Source: a virus
Lineage: Duplodnaviria > Caudoviricetes
Direction: 5' to 3' (one strand)
Virus record (IMG/VR): IMGVR_UViG_3300025848_000171
Span: 1-25,854 of that record
DNA: 25,854 bases
Part shown: piece after piece, positions 1-4,679 of the stretch
Numbering within the stretch: the stretch's first letter is position 1
Layout: every line of letters begins with the position of its first letter
Notes under the pieces: generated by a model
Told to the model about the DNA's origin: nothing
Database searches by the model: none
Seen by the model: only the letters and a program-made list of their open reading frames with translations
Made by a program: the position numbers and the translations under genes

Positions 1-247
1 CCAATGCGGCATCATATGCCTGAAACAGGATTGCACGTTCGTTGTCGCGAGGAACCGACACGGCAGCCATTGCATCCTTTGCGGCATGCAATGCCCGCTC
101 CAGCACCTCAACGCGGGCGCGGAGGCGCTCAATCTCGCGGCACGACCATCCCTCGGTCTCGCTCTTCGGTATGTTCGGGTCCATCACCAGCTTCTCCAGC
201 GTCTCTGCTCCGGTCGGCTGGTAGGCGGGATACTTGTGGTCGCTCAT
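1..247 (-). CDS. Hypothetical phage protein, truncated by the window edge (MSDHKYPAYQPTGAETLEKL...)
   Basis: ATG at 247 overlaps the TGA of the upstream ORF (ATGA coupling). The frame stays open to the edge and includes a coiled-coil-like EIERLRARVEVLE. Confidence 0.6.
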   Translation of the reverse strand, partial: MSDHKYPAYQPTGAETLEKLVMDPNIPKSETEGWSCREIERLRARVEVLERALHAAKDAMAAVSVPRDNERAILFQAYDAAL

Positions 248-429
248 GCCCCCGCCTCCTTCGCGGCCTGGAGCGCAACCTCGGCCAGGAGCTTGGCCTG
301 CTCTGGGTCCATCATCAGCGAGAGTTGCCCCACATTGACGCTCACGAACGCGCGGCGGTCCTCGGCAGCAGGATGCACTCGGCTGCTGATCTCTTCTTTG
401 TAGACGCTCACCATGATGTGCATGGTCAC
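244..429 (-). CDS. Small hypothetical protein (~60 aa)
   Basis: Stop/start overlaps with both neighbours. GGAGGG lies upstream and an alternative ATG is at 423. Confidence 0.6.
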   Translation of the reverse strand: MTMHIMVSVYKEEISSRVHPAAEDRRAFVSVNVGQLSLMMDPEQAKLLAEVALQAAKEAGA

Positions 430-596
430 CCCTCCATCTTCTGAAGCTGGCGTTCAAGGTCAGCAATGCGCTGGTGCGCCAGCAGATGATCCAGCGACTG
501 CGGGTCCAGATCCCGTGCGAGTTCCACACGCAAGGCAATGCGCGTGCGGAGCGTTCCAGGGGTTTGGTGGATCTCGGTCTTGTAGCCGTTCTTCAT
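426..596 (-). CDS. Small hypothetical protein (56 aa, MKNGYKTEIHQ...)
   Basis: GAGGAGGG Shine-Dalgarno site just before ATG 596; coupled to the next ORF. Confidence 0.6.
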   Translation of the reverse strand: MKNGYKTEIHQTPGTLRTRIALRVELARDLDPQSLDHLLAHQRIADLERQLQKMEG

Positions 597-1113
597 GGTC
601 CCTCCTCTGAAGCAGCGCCCGTGTATCACGTTGTGGCTATGTGTGTCTTGCGTTTATTGCAGGGCGTCATGCAGGGGGTGCATACCGGCATCACCCATAG
701 TTCGCTTTTCGCTATATCCCCGTGGAGACATAGACGCGGTGTTCTTCATCGCTCCGACCTCTATACCCACCCTGCCCTGTATCGGGGGCCAGCCGCCGTG
801 CCCTGGTCTATGTCCCCGACCGGGAGGGTAAGTGTACGGTTCAAAGGGGTGGCTTGTGCTTGGTCGAAAACCCGTTCCCGGTAAAATGCCCCGGATCGAA
901 GCGAAGGACGTTGTATGACTGCCCCGCTCCCGGTTCTCCTGCGTCCGGCATTGGCCGTTCAGGTTCGTCCCAGAAGGTCCTTGCGACTTTCGGTGGGGTA
1001 GTCCATCTTGCTGGACATGACCCGCCTCCGTCGAAAGGGTGGGTCCAAGGACTGGCGGGTTGCGAAGCCGCGCAGATCCAGGGAGCCGGGGGCGCTGAAC
1101 CCCCGGCCCCCAC

Positions 1114-1141
1114 ACCCTACACAAGCCCCGGCCTCGGTCAA
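1114..1141 (-). promoter_or_regulatory. Putative sigma70-type promoter TTGACC-N16-TAGGGT
   Basis: Minus-strand TTGACC gaggccggggcttgtg TAGGGT just after the stop of 1146..1448, followed by a GC hairpin. Confidence 0.4.
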
Positions 1142-1145
1142 CCCC

Positions 1146-1448
1146 CTACTGCGGCAGTCCGATGTAGCCCGCCAGCACCTCGCGCAGGCGCGCATACATC
1201 TCGGCCTCCTTGGGCTTGCGGCAGACCCGCAGGGAGTTGGCGACCGTGGAGTGCTGGGTTTTGCCCATGAGCGCGGCGATCTCGGGCACGGTAAGGGCGG
1301 GCAGGAATTCGTAGGCCAGGGCCGTCGCGAGATGGCGAGCTTGCAGCACTTCACGGGTCCGCCGCCTTCCCCGGATTGCCTCTGCCGGGACGCCTTGGTC
1401 GGCGGCGACGGCTGCGACGATGGCGTGGAGCTTCTGTTCTTCGGTCAT
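1146..1448 (-). CDS. Stand-alone DnaA C-terminal (domain IV)-like helix-turn-helix protein
   Basis: AEAIRGRRRTREVLQARHLATALAYE..LTVPEIAALMGKTQHSTVANSLR matches the DnaA domain IV pattern (R..R...ARQ.AMYL...SLPEIG..FG.RDHSTV). GAGGGA precedes ATG 1448. Confidence 0.75.
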   Translation of the reverse strand: MTEEQKLHAIVAAVAADQGVPAEAIRGRRRTREVLQARHLATALAYEFLPALTVPEIAALMGKTQHSTVANSLRVCRKPKEAEMYARLREVLAGYIGLPQ

Positions 1449-1569
1449 TGGTCCCTCGGATGCGATCCCCCTTCGCGGCAGTCCCATGTAGCGGACGGCT
1501 GCTCGCGCGCGGGAAACGCCTTTATGGCGGGTGGGGTGGGGGGAGCGGGTCGCACCCCGCCCCCCCCCC

Positions 1570-1600
1570 GACGCTAGGCGGAAGAGAAACGCCTAGCGTC
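1570..1600. repeat. Perfect 11-bp inverted repeat GACGCTAGGCG-N9-CGCCTAGCGTC
   Basis: Read directly from the sequence. Confidence 0.85.
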
Positions 1601-1611
1601 TAAGCGTTGGG

Positions 1612-1641
1612 GGATAGGGGCGCGTTGCCGCGCCCCTGCCC
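1612..1641 (-). terminator. GC-rich hairpin with GCAA tetraloop directly after a stop codon (terminator-like or stabilising; no U-tract)
   Basis: Minus strand AGGGGCGCG-GCAA-CGCGCCCCT follows the TAA at 1643-1645. Confidence 0.4.
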
Positions 1642-1642
1642 G

Positions 1643-1834
1643 TTAGCGGCTTTCAAGCTTGGCGATGATTGCATCAAGCCTCGCCAGCGTGGAAAGGGGC
1701 GATCCTCCAGGATACGGCCCCCAGCTAGAACCGTTGCCTAGCTTTCGCATCTGTTCCGAGTATGCATGGAACTCGGCCATGCCTTCGCGGGCCTCGCGCA
1801 GGCTTTCGAGCGTTTCGAGCGTGAAATCTTGCAT
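1643..1834 (-). CDS. Small hypothetical protein (63 aa, MQDFTLETLESL...)
   Basis: GGAGGGA precedes ATG 1834. Confidence 0.6.
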   Translation of the reverse strand: MQDFTLETLESLREAREGMAEFHAYSEQMRKLGNGSSWGPYPGGSPLSTLARLDAIIAKLESR

Positions 1835-1845
1835 GGTTCCCTCCA

Positions 1846-1920
1846 CTAGCTGGCGCAGCGCGCCAGGATCAGCAGCGCGATCACGACGTAGAGCGCGAGG
1901 CTTCCGGCGGCGCGGATCAT
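1846..1920 (-). CDS. 24-aa hydrophobic micro-peptide MIRAAGSLALYVVIALLILARCAS
   Basis: ATGA overlap with the upstream stop; one transmembrane-like stretch; fills the intergenic gap exactly. Confidence 0.45.
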   Translation of the reverse strand: MIRAAGSLALYVVIALLILARCAS

Positions 1921-2330
1921 TGGAACCACCGCTTGGCGATGGCGCGCCCGAACACATTGCGGGCGGCTCGCAGGATGGCGTCGCGGCGGCCAGGATGATA
2001 CGGGACATCCCAGAAAGCCTCGATTGCCTCCGCTAGCCATCGGCAGGCTCCAGCTCGGTATTCCATGGCATGATACTGGCATGGCGTGAAGTCCCAAGCC
2101 TTGCCATCCCAGGCCATCCGATTGACGCCTTGGGGCAGGGGCATAGGCGCGCCCCGTTCCGCGGCATTGCGCGCCGCCATTTCAAGGTAGCGCAGCATGG
2201 CGCGCGCGTCCCGGCCATCCCGCAGGATGCGGCGATAGTCGGACATGAATGATGCCCGGTCGCCATAGTCGCGCCAGTCAATCCCGGATCGGCGCGACAC
2301 AAAGGCGCGCAAAGCTTCTAACTGTTCCAT
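1917..2330 (-). CDS. Hypothetical phage protein (137 aa)
   Basis: Strong purine-rich Shine-Dalgarno GAGGAAGGGA; protein-like composition. Confidence 0.7.
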   Translation of the reverse strand: MEQLEALRAFVSRRSGIDWRDYGDRASFMSDYRRILRDGRDARAMLRYLEMAARNAAERGAPMPLPQGVNRMAWDGKAWDFTPCQYHAMEYRAGACRWLAEAIEAFWDVPYHPGRRDAILRAARNVFGRAIAKRWFQ

Positions 2331-2347
2331 GGTTCCCTTCCTCTTTT

Positions 2348-2401
2348 GGCCTCGTCAGGCACGGCCTAACCGTGCGACCGGGCAAGCGCCCGGTTTCGGC
2401 C
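2348..2401 (-). ncRNA. Type II hammerhead ribozyme
   Basis: Minus strand reads GGCC GAA ACCGGGC GCUU GCCCGGU C^ GCACGG UUAGG CCGUGC CUGACGA GGCC. All core elements are present (GAAA, GUC site, CUGANGA) with three perfect stems. Confidence 0.92.
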
Positions 2402-2718
2402 TATCGGTTTGCCGCTTCCGAGTAATCCAGGCCCGGCGCGGGCGTCATGTCCCGCGTCACGCTATCGAGGAACGGATCATGCGCGCCGCGCCGGAAGGAC
2501 ACGGCCCGGCATCCATGCTCGGCGCTCCATGCGGAACAATTCGGCTTGATGGCCATTTCATCCCCGCCAATACGCAAGCGTTCCATGATCCAATCGAAAT
2601 CGGCATTGTCCATGTGATAGACGGCACGAACAGCGGCGGCGATAGCGTCGCCAAGCGTTTCGGCTTGGAAATAGGCCGGGCGGTATTGCCCGAGAAAGGA
2701 AATCCCTATCGTGAGCAT
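2401..2718 (-). CDS. Hypothetical phage protein (105 aa, MLTIGISFLGQY...)
   Basis: AGGGGA precedes ATG 2718; the TAG stop abuts the ribozyme. Confidence 0.65.
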   Translation of the reverse strand: MLTIGISFLGQYRPAYFQAETLGDAIAAAVRAVYHMDNADFDWIMERLRIGGDEMAIKPNCSAWSAEHGCRAVSFRRGAHDPFLDSVTRDMTPAPGLDYSEAANR

Positions 2719-2729
2719 GGTTTGTCCCC

Positions 2730-2897
2730 TTACAGAATTGCGTTGACGGTCGCGTAGGCGATGCCAGCGCCGGTCGCCGCGAAGCCGATGGCGATGAGCG
2801 GCGCGCCGAGACGCCAGGCCTCTATTGCCCATGCCAGCGTGAGGCTGGCGATTAGGGCGGGGGCGGCGAGGGCCATGGCGAGGGATATGGAGGTCAT
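2730..2897 (-). CDS. 55-aa membrane protein with two hydrophobic segments (MTSISLAMALAAPALIASLTLAWAIEAWRLGAPLIAIGFAATGAGIAYATVNAIL)
   Basis: Translated by hand (below the ORF-track cutoff); ATGA overlap with the upstream stop. Confidence 0.6.
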   Translation of the reverse strand: MTSISLAMALAAPALIASLTLAWAIEAWRLGAPLIAIGFAATGAGIAYATVNAIL

Positions 2898-3175
2898 GCG
2901 CGATCCTCGGCGTAGGCGCTAGGGATGCGTTCCCCCGTATCAGCGCAAAAGAGGCTCGGGTTCTCCCAATTGACATCCATCCACATGACGCGGAAACCGC
3001 TGTTGTGATCGGCGTAGGCGATAGCCTTCAAGATCAAGCGGCGGTTCTCGCGCGCGCTCTTGAACGAAATCGCCTCGCCGTCGGACGCGATGAAGTAGAG
3101 CGGGTAGCCGCCGGGCCATGCATAAGGCCCCTGGCGATACGCTCGCCGGAAGTCTGACACGGTTTCGATCTTCAT
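2894..3175 (-). CDS. Hypothetical phage protein with a YAWPGGYPLYF motif (93 aa)
   Basis: GGAGGG precedes ATG 3175; first gene of the leftward unit. The motif is recalled from uncharacterised phage proteins. Confidence 0.75.
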   Translation of the reverse strand: MKIETVSDFRRAYRQGPYAWPGGYPLYFIASDGEAISFKSARENRRLILKAIAYADHNSGFRVMWMDVNWENPSLFCADTGERIPSAYAEDRA

Positions 3176-3210
3176 CTTTCCCTCCAAGCCGCACCATGCG
3201 GCTACGCGCG

Positions 3211-3240
3211 TGATATAGAGTGTATAGGCGTGGTGCAAGT
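3211..3240 (-). promoter_or_regulatory. Putative leftward sigma70-type promoter (CTTGCAC...CTATATCA)
   Basis: AT-rich patch upstream of the leftward operon. TTGCAC-N17-TATCAC is one possible register. Confidence 0.45.
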
Positions 3241-3302
3241 GTTTAGTGTTGAGGGGCGCCGGTTTCCTGCATTGCGCCTGGCGCATAGCTTCGGGCCGCA
3301 TC

Positions 3303-3319
3303 TTGGCATGGGCATTGCA
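3303..3319 (+). promoter_or_regulatory. Sigma54 (RpoN) -24/-12 promoter-like motif TTGGCATGGGCATTGCA
   Basis: One mismatch to YTGGCACGRNNNTTGCW with exact GG-N10-GC spacing; intergenic. Confidence 0.55.
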
Positions 3320-3625
3320 AGGGGCGGATGGCGTTAGAGGATGGCGGGGGACGCTGTAAGGAAAGAAGCCCGAAAGCCCGCTACTTCAACTCCCACACTA
3401 TGGGGAGATACAGGGAAGGCAGGGAGCTACGCCAGGGGATGCTGGTCCCGGTAGCGGCTCTAGCCGCCAGCCAGTAGATGACAACGCAGGATCAGTAGAG
3501 GGTCGAAAAGCACTCCACTCCCAATCTCCCCCGCCCATCCCACCACGTTACACTATAACTCGGCCACCTAACCTTCCGCACTGCATCTACCGCATCGCAG
3601 CATCCTGCCGCAGCGCAGCACGGCC

Positions 3626-3723
3626 CGGCCTCGGCGGATCCCTCTCGGCGAATCCATCTCGACCGAGCCATCTCGACCGGCCCATCTCGGCGGATCCATC
3701 TCGACCGGCCCATCTCGGCGGAT
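3626..3723. repeat. Seven tandem 14-bp units of two types (CCATCTCGGCGGAT and CCATCTCGACCGGC)
   Basis: Units start at 3626, 3640, 3654, 3668, 3682, 3696 and 3710, with a degenerate copy at 3730. Confidence 0.9.
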
Positions 3724-3895
3724 CGCGGGCCATGGCGACCGGCATCCTGGCGCGAGGCCGGCTGGCTGGCGGCGCGGGCATGGCGGGGGGAGGGGGGCTT
3801 CAAGCGGATGGCGAACGAGACCCCCCCCGGCTTGGGGTTTTCGCGATCTCACACGCGGGCGCGAAGGCCATGCCCCCACGCGCCTAACTGGGTGC

Positions 3896-3931
3896 TTGCT
3901 GGCTCCACCAGAAAAAAATACCCTAGGGTAT
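3896..3931 (+). promoter_or_regulatory. Putative promoter TTGCTG-N17-TACCCT overlapped by the 14-bp palindrome ATACCCTAGGGTAT
   Basis: The -10 box ends 5 nt before ATG 3930, which lacks a clear Shine-Dalgarno site. The palindrome spans 3918-3931. Confidence 0.45.
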
Positions 3932-4679
3932 GCCCCTGACTGTAGAGGACTCCGAACCTCTCCCCTCTGAGCGGATGCCTGCCCTGGATGAGGGGGTAGT
4001 GCGGATGCTGTGGGAGGCTGGGGCGTCTTGGACGTACATCTCCAAGCGGCATCCTGTGACGAGGAGGAGGTTGAGGGAATTGAGCGAGGACTGGGACGGG
4101 GAGAAGAGGGCGGTTTCCTTGGTAGCAAGGGGGCACACGAACTCTGCGCCGGTTGGGACGGTGCCTGAGGCGAGGACGGCTGACACCAGCACGGTGGAGA
4201 CTTGGCTGGCGGCTATAGGGAAGATTGTGAAGCCCAGGTGGGATGAGGCTTCTTTTCCGCTGCTGGAGGTTGCGGAGGCTTTGCACAACATCACCCGTGG
4301 GATGCCGGTTGCCTTGGCGTGCGAGGCGGCGGGGCTGACGGATCGGGTGGTGCAGAAGTACCGCAACCAGGAGCCGAGGCTTGAAGGCTACTTCCGGCGG
4401 GCGAGGGCGCTGAGTGCGAAGCCGCTGGTCGAGCGCATCATGGGGGACCGCGATTGGCGCGCGGCGGCTTGGCTGCTGGAGCGGGGGATCGCGAAGGCCG
4501 AGTTCAAGGCCGAGGCTGTCGGCAAGGAAGACAAGCTGACGATTGAGATCATGGTGAACCGCGAGGACAAGGACGCCTTGCGCGGGGTCATCGATGTGAC
4601 GGAGAGCGCGAATGGCGCAATGGTCATTGGGCTACCAGCCGAGCGAGAAGCAGAGGATCTTCCACGCGGTCAAGGCTAG
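3930..4679 (+). CDS. terS: Probable terminase small subunit
   Basis: Directly upstream of and overlapping TerL. It has an HTH-like GMPVALACEAAGLT segment and a DWRAAAWLLER motif typical of TerS-position proteins. Confidence 0.65.
   Translation: MPLTVEDSEPLPSERMPALDEGVVRMLWEAGASWTYISKRHPVTRRRLRELSEDWDGEKRAVSLVARGHTNSAPVGTVPEARTADTSTVETWLAAIGKIVKPRWDEASFPLLEVAEALHNITRGMPVALACEAAGLTDRVVQKYRNQEPRLEGYFRRARALSAKPLVERIMGDRDWRAAAWLLERGIAKAEFKAEAVGKEDKLTIEIMVNREDKDALRGVIDVTESANGAMVIGLPAEREAEDLPRGQG

Noticed and set aside
1080-1110. tRNA-like element
   Set aside because: Only a single hairpin; no cloverleaf, T-loop or CCA end.
3626-3723. CRISPR array
   Set aside because: The units are contiguous 14-mers without unique spacers, and no cas genes are present.
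3492-4366. Minus-strand ORFs across the repeat array and terS
   Set aside because: Their periodic peptides simply mirror the DNA repeat or are antisense shadows; no Shine-Dalgarno sites or motifs.
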